Positions 37,754 through 46,343 of a stretch of DNA of 64,000 nt are shown here, piece by piece. The DNA comes from an uncultured Flavobacteriaceae bacterium (GTDB lineage: Bacteria; Bacteroidota; Bacteroidia; Flavobacteriales; Flavobacteriaceae). Location of the stretch: contig CAYVUB010000008.1 in assembly GCA_964454675.1 (NCBI GenBank), positions 15,250-79,249 on the forward strand. The letters run 5' to 3'. Position numbers and translations under genes: made by a program. The notes below the pieces were generated by a model, which made no database searches, was not told the DNA's origin, and saw nothing but the letters and a program-made list of their open reading frames with translations. How positions within the stretch are numbered: the first letter of the stretch is position 1; every line of letters begins with the position of its first letter.

Positions 37754-37962
37754 CTTTTAGTAAAAATACCATAGCACTTACCGTTACAGGCATTATTGCC
37801 ATAGGATTTTTTGTTGCCGGCCTTTTTAATGTGCTTGATTATTTTATTGTAAAACTGCTGTTGTTTGCCGGATTTGCTATGCTGATGATATATGTGGTTT
37901 ATATCGTAGTCAAGCAATATAACGAAACTAAAAATCACCCGAACCAAGAAAGCAGCGAGTGA
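37750..37962 (+). CDS. Small two-TM membrane protein, hypothetical
   Basis: 70 aa. ATGA overlap with the purB stop suggests translational coupling. Confidence 0.4.
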   Translation: MTFSKNTIALTVTGIIAIGFFVAGLFNVLDYFIVKLLLFAGFAMLMIYVVYIVVKQYNETKNHPNQESSE

Positions 37963-37990
37963 TTTTATGTATTAGGATTTAGTCCTCTTA

Positions 37991-38539
37991 TTACTTAAAA
38001 AACTTTATAAATTCGTTTACTTTGGCTTCTTCAATATCGGCTTTATCCAATGCCGATACCAGATTCATTATTTTCACAGGATTCATCTCATCACCCAAAA
38101 TTCTTACTACCGCAAAACCTTTATCATCAGAATTTCCGAATAAAATAAACTCATCGATATCATCATCACTATCACCCAAAATTTTGATTACAAATCTGCC
38201 GTCAACATCATTTCCACCACGCATCAGCTCTTCGTACTTTTCTTCTTTGAGGATGGTTTTAACTTTTTCTAACTCTACGTCGTATTCTGCCTTATTTTCA
38301 GGTGATAGTCTGTACGCAAGCATGTTAAGTTTTTTGATAGATTTGTATGCTTCTTTCTGTTCGTCTGTTAATGCATTTTTATCTATGTTTAAAACACTAA
38401 CCGGCATATCTACCGCCAAAAAACCGGGTTTTTCCTGATTATCTACAAAATAGCTCTGCAATGATGCACTCTGATTGCAACTATATACCGTTGCAACCAG
38501 AATGATTAAGTATGCTATATTTTTTACTGCCGTTACCAT
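37991..38539 (-). CDS. DUF4252-like secreted protein
   Basis: 182 aa with a signal peptide. Paralogous to the upstream gene and located in the sigma-factor cluster typical of Bacteroidota. Confidence 0.6.
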   Translation of the reverse strand: MVTAVKNIAYLIILVATVYSCNQSASLQSYFVDNQEKPGFLAVDMPVSVLNIDKNALTDEQKEAYKSIKKLNMLAYRLSPENKAEYDVELEKVKTILKEEKYEELMRGGNDVDGRFVIKILGDSDDDIDEFILFGNSDDKGFAVVRILGDEMNPVKIMNLVSALDKADIEEAKVNEFIKFFK

Positions 38540-38545
38540 AATACC

Positions 38546-39172
38546 TTATTGTTTTTTTCCTTTTCCGGCTTTTTCAAGCTGTTCGCCTCCGGGAATATTC
38601 ATTTTATTGGTAAGTTTTGAGATTTGTCTTAGGTCAATATCACCAACTATAGATACTAATACGGTTTCTATTTCGCGCTTTTCACCGTTCACTTTCACGT
38701 TGGCATTTTTGGTAACTTCTTTCAATCCTGTAATGTGCATCAACAATTCTTTAACGTGGTTTTCATCTTTACCCGATTTTACAAAGAATTTCACGTTTTT
38801 ATCGCCGTCTTTAAACCGCATTAATTCTTCAAGTTTTGAGCTTGCTATGTGTTTTTCTATATCGACCGATAAACTTGATGAAATAGCGTTGTCACCTGTA
38901 GCCAAGAACTTTAGGCTTTCAATCTTTTTTGTCATGTCTAAAATTGCTTGCGCTTCCGGATCATCTGCTTCGACATTCATACTTGCCAGCATATTGAACA
39001 TTTTTTGGTTGACAACACCTGAGGTAACGCCTCTTAAATCTTCATATTTTGAAAAAAAGCTCTGCCCAATTGTAGTTAATGGCACTAAAACAATTGCTGT
39101 TAAAATTATTAGTTTTTTACTCACCGAACTTATTTTGCTTGTGTGTTCGTGAAAATTTTTTGAATTTTTCAT
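38546..39172 (-). CDS. DUF4252-like secreted protein
   Basis: 208 aa with a signal/TM segment. Same architecture as the downstream paralogue. Confidence 0.6.
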   Translation of the reverse strand: MKNSKNFHEHTSKISSVSKKLIILTAIVLVPLTTIGQSFFSKYEDLRGVTSGVVNQKMFNMLASMNVEADDPEAQAILDMTKKIESLKFLATGDNAISSSLSVDIEKHIASSKLEELMRFKDGDKNVKFFVKSGKDENHVKELLMHITGLKEVTKNANVKVNGEKREIETVLVSIVGDIDLRQISKLTNKMNIPGGEQLEKAGKGKKQ

Positions 39173-39250
39173 GATTTCTGTTTGTTTATTATTTATTGTT
39201 TGTTGTTTATTATTTGTAGGTTATAGTTACTCACTCATAACTCTTAACTC

Positions 39251-39739
39251 TTAATTCTTAATTATTTTCTCGGTTGTTTTTGAAAATTCATTGATGTATT
39301 TTACATTTCCGGCGCCTTCGTTTAAATTTTCGGATACCAGATTTAAAACGTCCATGGTTTCTCTTCCTTTATTTAAGTGTGTTGATACCATACTTAATAC
39401 ATCCATGGTTTGGTTATAAGCCATTAGCTCTTCTTCGTTTAAATCATCAATGCTACGTTTTTTGTCAAACTGTGTATATAATCCTGTCATTACAAGTATT
39501 GCGGCAGCCACAGACAGCCATTTGTACAATGTGTATGATTTTTTTACGGGTACGATAACTGCTTTGTCAAACTGCTCCTGCTTGGTTTGCGCAAAGTATT
39601 GAAACATGCTTTTGTAAACTTCCAGATGCGGCGCCACATTATCCTGAGCAAAATAAGCTTTTAGTTGCTGCTCTTCATGAAGCGTGGTTTGGGCATTTTC
39701 ATACTTTTCCAGCAGTTGTTCTATATTATCTGGTGCCAT
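39251..39739 (-). CDS. Putative anti-sigma factor (single-pass membrane protein)
   Basis: 162 aa. Overlaps the sigma gene by 14 nt. Central TM segment WLSVAAAILVMTGLY. Confidence 0.5.
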   Translation of the reverse strand: MAPDNIEQLLEKYENAQTTLHEEQQLKAYFAQDNVAPHLEVYKSMFQYFAQTKQEQFDKAVIVPVKKSYTLYKWLSVAAAILVMTGLYTQFDKKRSIDDLNEEELMAYNQTMDVLSMVSTHLNKGRETMDVLNLVSENLNEGAGNVKYINEFSKTTEKIIKN

Positions 39740-40232
39740 AGTTATGTGTTTGCGTTAATTGTTCTCTTAATGTTTTTCTGGCTCTTGATAAAGCTACCCT
39801 TATGGCTGTTTCATTCATATCGAGCATTTGGGCTATTTCTTCAAATTCGTATTGTTCAATATCTCTGAGCTGTATGATTATTTTTTGCTGTTCGGGCAAT
39901 TGCTCTATCATTTTTGAAAGCCATTGCATACTGTCGTTCAATTCTGTTTGCTTTTGTACCGATGTGCTATCTTGATAATTGCTGTGAACGATTTTCAAAT
40001 TCTGTGCCTGTTTTGATTTTAACCTGTCCAGACTGTAATTTTTGGTCATCGTCATCGCAAAAGCTTCTACATTTTTGTACCCGGCAATTTGCTGTTTGTT
40101 ATTCCATAATTTCAATAAAACCTCCTGCGTGGCATCTTCGGCTTCTTCATTGGAAACCAGAAGGCGTTTTGCAAGCCGATAGACTTTATCCTTAAAAGGC
40201 ATCACCAATTTTACAAAATCAGTTTGTGTCAT
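39726..40232 (-). CDS. ECF-type RNA polymerase sigma-70 family factor
   Basis: 168 aa. Region 2 EDATQEVLLKLW and region 4 HTH IAQMLDMNETAIRVALSRARKTLR. Confidence 0.9.
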   Translation of the reverse strand: MTQTDFVKLVMPFKDKVYRLAKRLLVSNEEAEDATQEVLLKLWNNKQQIAGYKNVEAFAMTMTKNYSLDRLKSKQAQNLKIVHSNYQDSTSVQKQTELNDSMQWLSKMIEQLPEQQKIIIQLRDIEQYEFEEIAQMLDMNETAIRVALSRARKTLREQLTQTHNYGTR

Positions 40233-40283
40233 TATGATTGGTTTTGTTTTAAAAACAGCTTTGTTATCCCTGTTTGCTATTAC

Positions 40284-40309
40284 GACGAAGCTGTTTCAAT
40301 TTTGTTACA
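40284..40309 (-). promoter_or_regulatory. Candidate ECF-dependent autoregulated promoter GTAAC-N16-CGTC
   Basis: Minus strand reads TGTAACAAAATTGAAACAGCTTCGTCG, about 50 nt upstream of the sigma ATG. Confidence 0.4.
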
Positions 40310-40391
40310 AAAAATTTTTAGTTTACAATATTCTGAGTAAATTTAGTGTTTATATAGCGACTTCCTTTTGCTAAAACGAAAAAGAAAAATT

Positions 40392-41828
40392 ATGAATAAA
40401 ATAAGACTCACTCTGTTAACCGTGCTTGTTTTGGGCTTAAACACCTCATGCTTTGAAGACATGGATGACAACGCCATTGCAACGGTTGCTATTAATGATT
40501 TTGTATGGAAAGCCATGAATGCGGTGTATTTGTACAAAGCCGAAATACCCGATTTGGCAAACGACCGTTTTCTTTCAAATGAAGATTACAACTCATATCT
40601 TAATAGTTTTTCAACTCCCGAAGAGTTGTTTGAAAGTGTTATTTATAACAGGGACGTTGTGGATAGATTCAGCAGAATTAGAAGTAATTACTATGAACTT
40701 GAACAACAATTGAATGGCGTTTTCACAACCAATGGTTTAGAAATTAATTTGTATTATGTTCCTAATAGTAATACCAATATCTTTGGCGCTATAAGATTGG
40801 TGCTAAACGATAGTCCTGCAAGTAATCTTGGTTTACAACGCGGGCAGTTTTTTAATGCTGTTAATGGCACTACTTTAACGGTTGATAATTATGAGAATTT
40901 ATTGACTCAGGATAGCTACACGCTTCATTTTGCTACATATAATGATAATGGCACACCGGATGATACATCTGATGACAGTATAAATTCTACATCAGACACA
41001 GCGTCATTAACCAAAGTGGCTTACACCGAAAATCCTGTATATATGACCAAAATCATTGAAGTTGACGGGCAAAATGTAGGCTACTTAATGTATAATAGCT
41101 TTAATAGTAACTACCATACGCAGCTCAATAATGCTTTTGCAACCTTTCAAGCCAATAATGTACAGCATTTGGTATTAGACCTGCGTTATAACGGTGGTGG
41201 AACAATTAGTACCGCTGTATTTTTAGGAAGTATGATTACCGGTCAGTTTAACGGACAAATATTTTCAAAAACGATTTACAATGAAGATTTACAAGAGCTA
41301 AACACCAATTATAATTTTACAAACAGCTTAGGAAGCGGCGGTTCTTCCATTAACAGCTTATTTTTAAATAAAGTTTATGTTTTAACAACCGGAAACTCTG
41401 CATCGGCGAGTGAATTGGTCATCAACAGCCTTAAAGAGTATATTGATGTGGTTCAGGTAGGCGATTTTACAACGGGAAAAACGCAAGCCTCACGGATTGT
41501 TTACGATTCGCCCAATTTAGGACCAAACAATAAGAACCCTAATCATACGTATGCTTTATTGCCTCTAATAGCAAACTCCATCAATGTTAATGATGAAGAA
41601 GTACCCGCAAATGGGCTGGCACCGCAAATCACTGTTGTAGAACAAGGCAGAAATTTAGGGACATTAGGTGAAGTTACCGAACCGCTGCTTGCGGCTGCTT
41701 TGGCAAATATTCAAGGTGGAGGAAGATTTGCTCAACCTGTTGATGAAAAATCAAAACCAATTAAAAACAATATCGATAAAACAATTATTGATGGATTGAT
41801 GTTTATTACTGATGATGATATTCAGTAA
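40392..41828 (+). CDS. S41-family (C-terminal processing) peptidase lipoprotein
   Basis: DLRYNGGG and TGNSASASE motifs. Lipobox LNTSC. Start placed at ATG 40392 (MNKIRLTLL). Confidence 0.8.
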   Translation: MNKIRLTLLTVLVLGLNTSCFEDMDDNAIATVAINDFVWKAMNAVYLYKAEIPDLANDRFLSNEDYNSYLNSFSTPEELFESVIYNRDVVDRFSRIRSNYYELEQQLNGVFTTNGLEINLYYVPNSNTNIFGAIRLVLNDSPASNLGLQRGQFFNAVNGTTLTVDNYENLLTQDSYTLHFATYNDNGTPDDTSDDSINSTSDTASLTKVAYTENPVYMTKIIEVDGQNVGYLMYNSFNSNYHTQLNNAFATFQANNVQHLVLDLRYNGGGTISTAVFLGSMITGQFNGQIFSKTIYNEDLQELNTNYNFTNSLGSGGSSINSLFLNKVYVLTTGNSASASELVINSLKEYIDVVQVGDFTTGKTQASRIVYDSPNLGPNNKNPNHTYALLPLIANSINVNDEEVPANGLAPQITVVEQGRNLGTLGEVTEPLLAAALANIQGGGRFAQPVDEKSKPIKNNIDKTIIDGLMFITDDDIQ

Positions 41829-41853
41829 TTTATCTTAACATCTTAATCAAAAA

Positions 41854-41891
41854 CCGCCGTTACATTTATTTTTGTAACAGCGGCTTTTTTT
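41854..41891. terminator. Bidirectional Rho-independent terminator between convergent genes
   Basis: Hairpin CCGCCGTTACA...TGTAACAGCGGC flanked by an A-run and a T-run. Confidence 0.6.
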
Positions 41892-41919
41892 GTAGATTAA
41901 GATATGGTTACTATATTCC

Positions 41920-42987
41920 TTAATTAAAATACACTTTTGATGCAGCCTGTGGTGCTTCAAATGTTGCTATTTCAGAATTTGAACTCAAACTATATACATA
42001 CAGCGTGCTCAAACTTGAAAAACTTGCATCACAAACAAACAACCTGTTATCCTTTACCGACAATCCGTAAGCGAATGAAGCCGTTAATGTAATAATTGGT
42101 GTTGACGGCAATGTAGTGGCATTGTCTGCCATTGCATAAACCGCATTGTTATTAACATAATATAGTTTACCTCCATCATAAGCCATTAACCCAACATAAG
42201 AACCTTCAAGACTTATTGATGAAATAACAGCATTTGTTGAGGTATTAATTTTGGTAATCGCTCCGGGTGTAGTTCCTATAAAATTCCATTCATCGTCATA
42301 CAAGGTAGCACCTTCAGACAAAACCACCAATTGACCTAAACTATTGATAAGCATTTCATTAGGATTATCGGCAACTTCAATAGTTGTGACATTTTGAGTA
42401 GCAATATCAATCACAGATATAATATTGTTTGATGAATAACCGCCTTTATGAGAAACAAATACTTTACCATCCTCAACCAAAACCTGCTCCGGACCTTCTC
42501 CAACAGAAATTGTGCTTTCTACTGTGTTGGTTGCTAAATTTACAACAGCAATAAAATCATCTGATGCATCAAAAGGATCGCCCCAATTGCTCACGTAACC
42601 TTTACCATTTTCAAAATCAATATATCTCGGAAGTGCCAAACCTGATGCTATAGTTGCCTTTTTTTCAAACGTATATCTGTTAACAACCGTTATCGTATTG
42701 GTATTATCCACAACGATATAAGCGTTATTGTCTTCAAACCCTATAGATTGTAAATAGTTGCCAAGCTGTTCTCCATTTACATTGAAATAAATATCGCTTT
42801 CAGAAGTGCTCAAATCATTTGAAATATATGATACAGAACCCGGTAATCCCGAACCTTCGCCTGTTATCAAAATACCATTTTCATAATCACCCAAAGGCAC
42901 ATCATTAAAATCATCGTCATCGCTACATGACGTTACAAACAATCCTGCTAACAGGAATACACTTAAAAATCTCAATAGGTTTTTCAT
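41920..42987 (-). CDS. Surface beta-propeller lipoprotein (YncE/DUF5074-like; BtuG-like candidate)
   Basis: 355 aa. Lipobox VTSC followed by the acidic run SDDDDF. Repeated propeller-like blades. Immediately downstream of a riboswitch-controlled TonB receptor. Confidence 0.55.
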   Translation of the reverse strand: MKNLLRFLSVFLLAGLFVTSCSDDDDFNDVPLGDYENGILITGEGSGLPGSVSYISNDLSTSESDIYFNVNGEQLGNYLQSIGFEDNNAYIVVDNTNTITVVNRYTFEKKATIASGLALPRYIDFENGKGYVSNWGDPFDASDDFIAVVNLATNTVESTISVGEGPEQVLVEDGKVFVSHKGGYSSNNIISVIDIATQNVTTIEVADNPNEMLINSLGQLVVLSEGATLYDDEWNFIGTTPGAITKINTSTNAVISSISLEGSYVGLMAYDGGKLYYVNNNAVYAMADNATTLPSTPIITLTASFAYGLSVKDNRLFVCDASFSSLSTLYVYSLSSNSEIATFEAPQAASKVYFN

Positions 42988-42990
42988 AGT

Positions 42991-44817
42991 CTAAAAATTA
43001 AAGTTGATATAAAAATTATAGTTAATACCGGGCATGTAGCGGTTATCTACACTCTGGTAATTTTCGTTTAAAATATTGCGTATCTGCGTACCGATTGTAA
43101 GCGGTTTCAAATAATATTCGACACCTATATTATTTACAAAGTAAGCATCCAAAACATATCTCGGGTTGTTGTCCGACAGCAAAAAAACCTCGCCGGCAAA
43201 CACACTTTGCCAATACACAGACAACTGATTATACGCATACTGCAACGTTCCCGAAGCTTTATGATACGGTACATAGATAAGCTGTTTTTTGGTGTCTTGG
43301 TTTTCTGAAACCGTGTAGGCATAATTACCGTTTATTTCCAATTGATGTTTTCCAAATGTAGTTTTGTATGCCGCACGGGTTTCCAGTCCGTAAGTTTTAA
43401 CTTTATCGGTATTTACAGGCCGCCATACCGAACCACCCGGAAGCCAGCGTATCATATCGGTAATATCATTATAAAACCCAATCACCGATAGCGACATCTC
43501 TTTAAATTGTACAGAATTCCCAAGTTCTATCTGATAAGACGATTCTGGTTTTAAATCAAGATTACCGCTGCCTGCCCAATATAAATCGTTATAGGTAGGA
43601 ATCCTGAAATTTCCCGAACCGTTAATATGTAAAATGTAGTTTGGGCTTACCGCATATTGAAACCCGAAGCTGAATAACAACGGACTTTCATAAGTATTGG
43701 TAATTTCTTTGCGTGCGGTAGCTTCGTACAATACATTTTTAAACCGGTGTTTAAACAAGGCACTAAAACCGGTAATGGTTCTGTCACTTTTGCCTATGCC
43801 CGACCCTTCGCCTGTGGTATGGTTAATATCGGCAACGGCTTCAAGATATGCACCTTCAAAAACCCTGTATCCCAACTGATATTTACCCACAAATGTCTGC
43901 GCTTCGCCATAAGTAAAATGTTCACTGTTGATATTTGAAAAATACTTATAACGTTCGGTAATATAAGCCACTTTTAAAGTTGACAGATACTTGCCGTACA
44001 AACCGTTCCATTCCAGCAATTGCCGTGTATTAAAATCTTGATATTTGGTTTTTGTTTCCGAAGGTAAAATCAACGAAAAATGCCGCTCGCCATCATAAAC
44101 ATTGCTGTAATAGTTAATCACATTTTTTGCGTTAATCTTATAACCCGCATTGATGGATGTGCCCACATTATAAAACTGCCCGTTACTGTTTTTCCTGTCG
44201 CTGTCCACATAATCATAATCATTATCTGAAAACACATAACCTGCCGATACATTTACGCTCAACTTTTTGTTTGAATAGTGCCCGTTATAACTCAAATCGC
44301 CGGTATTAAAACTTCCGTACCTTGCTAAAACCTGATTTTCAAAACCTTGGTTAAACTCTGTACGGTTATCCAGATGAATCGTTCCGCCAATGGCACCACT
44401 GCCGTAAAGCACACTTCCACCACCACTTCTTACAGATATTTCATTAAAATTCCGGGTGTTAATCGTATTAAAATCTGTCTGGCCGTTAAACTGCGAATTA
44501 ACATTAATACCATTCCATATTACTGCGGTTTGCTGTGCCGTTGTACCTCTGAATGCAGGCGACGACACCATGCCAAGACCGTTTTCTTTGAAATAAATAA
44601 GCGAATTAAAATTAAGCAGCTCTGTAAGAGACGAGGCATTGCGGCGTAGTGTACTATCTTTCAACACCGATACATGCTGCGTATTTGAAAAAATTTTCAA
44701 ACTGCGGTCGGCTTTTACCACAATCTCTTCCAATTGCTGCACAGAATCGACAAGCGTTTGTGCAAAAACAACGCTGCTACATATCAAAAAAGTTAAAACG
44801 ACAAAAACTTGCTTCAT
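42991..44817 (-). CDS. btuB: TonB-dependent outer-membrane receptor, cobalamin-regulated (BtuB-like)
   Basis: Signal peptide MKQVFVVLTFLICSSVVFAQ, plug plus barrel, terminal aromatic ...INFNF. Preceded by a cobalamin riboswitch. Start placed at ATG 44817. Confidence 0.8.
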   Translation of the reverse strand: MKQVFVVLTFLICSSVVFAQTLVDSVQQLEEIVVKADRSLKIFSNTQHVSVLKDSTLRRNASSLTELLNFNSLIYFKENGLGMVSSPAFRGTTAQQTAVIWNGINVNSQFNGQTDFNTINTRNFNEISVRSGGGSVLYGSGAIGGTIHLDNRTEFNQGFENQVLARYGSFNTGDLSYNGHYSNKKLSVNVSAGYVFSDNDYDYVDSDRKNSNGQFYNVGTSINAGYKINAKNVINYYSNVYDGERHFSLILPSETKTKYQDFNTRQLLEWNGLYGKYLSTLKVAYITERYKYFSNINSEHFTYGEAQTFVGKYQLGYRVFEGAYLEAVADINHTTGEGSGIGKSDRTITGFSALFKHRFKNVLYEATARKEITNTYESPLLFSFGFQYAVSPNYILHINGSGNFRIPTYNDLYWAGSGNLDLKPESSYQIELGNSVQFKEMSLSVIGFYNDITDMIRWLPGGSVWRPVNTDKVKTYGLETRAAYKTTFGKHQLEINGNYAYTVSENQDTKKQLIYVPYHKASGTLQYAYNQLSVYWQSVFAGEVFLLSDNNPRYVLDAYFVNNIGVEYYLKPLTIGTQIRNILNENYQSVDNRYMPGINYNFYINFNF

Positions 44818-44829
44818 AGTCAAAAAAGC

Positions 44830-45100
44830 CTTTTACCCGAAAGCTTTAAGTATTAATTATGAAATCTGGCAGGTCTCCTGACTTGTTTTACGTTATCTGC
44901 CTTCCCATCAAAATAATGACAGTGGCATAAAGTCAATAACATCTCTATTGCAGAGATACCCAATCAAGTTGGGTATAAACTTACAGTTGCGGGAACAGTT
45001 CAAGATTTGATGATTTACGAAGTACGGTTTACGATTTTTGATTTGTAAATCGTAATTCTAAAATCGTACATCAACGCACTTGATTCCCTTTTAATCCTGT
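44830..45100 (-). promoter_or_regulatory. Cobalamin (B12) riboswitch in the btuB leader
   Basis: The minus strand contains AAAAGGGAAUCAAGUG, CUGUUCCCGCAACUGUAAG, AUGCCACUG, GGGAAGGC and the B12 box AAGUCAGGAGACCUGCC, in the canonical order. Boundaries are approximate. Confidence 0.8.
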
Positions 45101-45185
45101 TGATAATATTTATCAACACAGAACCAAAATTCGAGTGTAAAGGTAAACATTTTGCTTCTACTTTCATTAAAAGTTTAAATAATAG

Positions 45186-45193
45186 TATTTTTG
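45186..45193 (+). promoter_or_regulatory. -7 box TATTTTTG, 20 nt upstream of the proposed TTG start of the binding-protein gene
   Basis: Matches TAnnTTTG. Confidence 0.35.
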
Positions 45194-45213
45194 AAAAATT
45201 AAACACCTCTATT

Positions 45214-46341
45214 TTGAAACATTTACTACTCTCATTTTTGTTCATAAGCTTTTTAGGCTGTAAACACGATTCAAAACCTGTTGTGACCCAAACAAAAAAC
45301 TTTACGTTTGCCCAAGGTTTTTCAATTACACAAGCCGAAAATTACAGCATTCTTACCATAAAAAATCCGTGGCCAAAATCTGAAAAAACCTATAATTATG
45401 CATTGGTTGATAAGAACATTTTGCCTTCAATAACATTAAATGCTGACGAATTTGACGGTATCATCCCTATTCCTGTCGAAAAAATAGTTGTAACCTCAAC
45501 AACGCACATACCGGCACTGGAACTTCTGGGAGTTGAGCAAACACTGGTAGGATTCCCTGGAACAGATTATGTATCATCATCAAAAACACGCAAACGTATC
45601 GACAACGGAAATATTCGTGAACTTGGCAAAAATGAAGGTATCAATACCGAAGTGTTGCTCGAATTACAACCGGAAGCCGTCGTAGCATTTGGCATAGACG
45701 GCAACAACCGCACACTTGAGCTTATTAAAAAAGCCGGAATTCCTGTATTATACAATGGTGATTGGGTCGAAACTTCGCCGCTTGCCAAAGCCGAATGGAT
45801 TAAGTTTTTCGGATTGCTTTTTAATAAAGAAGCACAAGCAGATTCTATCTTTAACAACATAAAAACCGATTATCTTGAAGCAAAAAAACTGGCGTTGCAG
45901 GTAACACACAAACCAACCGTTTTAAGCGGTGCTTTGGAAAAAGATGTATGGTATTTACCAAGCGGTACAAGTCCCGAAGCGCAATTGCTCAAAGATGCCA
46001 ATGTGACTTATTTATGGCAGGATGAAACGAGTGCCGGCAGTCTGGCATTGAGCTTTGAAACGGTATTTGCTAAAGCAAAACATGCCGAATTATGGATAAG
46101 CCCGTCGTATCATAAATCATTAGAATCGCTTGCAAAAACCAATGAGCATTATACACAATTTGATGCCTACAAAAACAAAAAGGTATTTTCGTTTGTAAAT
46201 ACCGGAGGTAAAAAAGGAGGCGTTACTTATTATGAAGAAGGATTTGCCCGTCCGGATTTGGTCTTGAAAGATTTGATAAAAATATGTCATCCCGAATTAT
46301 TGGAAGACTATCAGCCTTATTTCTTTAAACCTTTGGAATAA
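45214..46341 (+). CDS. ABC transporter substrate-binding lipoprotein (BtuF/siderophore-type periplasmic binding protein)
   Basis: Cluster A type II binding-protein pattern, adjacent to a FecCD permease. No in-frame ATG lies upstream. TTG at 45214 gives the lipoprotein signal MKHLLLSFLFISFLGC. Confidence 0.7.
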   Translation: MKHLLLSFLFISFLGCKHDSKPVVTQTKNFTFAQGFSITQAENYSILTIKNPWPKSEKTYNYALVDKNILPSITLNADEFDGIIPIPVEKIVVTSTTHIPALELLGVEQTLVGFPGTDYVSSSKTRKRIDNGNIRELGKNEGINTEVLLELQPEAVVAFGIDGNNRTLELIKKAGIPVLYNGDWVETSPLAKAEWIKFFGLLFNKEAQADSIFNNIKTDYLEAKKLALQVTHKPTVLSGALEKDVWYLPSGTSPEAQLLKDANVTYLWQDETSAGSLALSFETVFAKAKHAELWISPSYHKSLESLAKTNEHYTQFDAYKNKKVFSFVNTGGKKGGVTYYEEGFARPDLVLKDLIKICHPELLEDYQPYFFKPLE

Positions 46342-46343
46342 CG

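Noticed and set aside
38475-39152. Long antisense ORFs in the track, for example 38475-39152 (+, 225 aa), 25635-26201 (-, 188 aa), 12813-13241 (+, 142 aa), 38022-38438 (+), 47340-47756 (-), 51650-52066 (+) and 13816-14178 (-).
   Set aside because: Each lies fully inside a gene on the opposite strand that has clear catalytic or family motifs. Their translations are Ser/Leu/Phe-rich low-complexity sequence typical of antisense frames in AT-rich DNA.
45100-45213. Track start (TTG 45100) for the binding-protein gene. Similar upstream TTG or alternative starts occur for uvrA (26443), carB (58648), btuB (44823), rhomboid (16802) and S41 (40368).
   Set aside because: The extensions overlap riboswitch, hairpin or promoter sequence and lack signal-peptide logic. 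Downstream ATG or TTG starts give canonical N-termini (for example MKHLLLSFLFISFLGC, MNPFEEF..., MPKNNNINSVLIIGSGP...).
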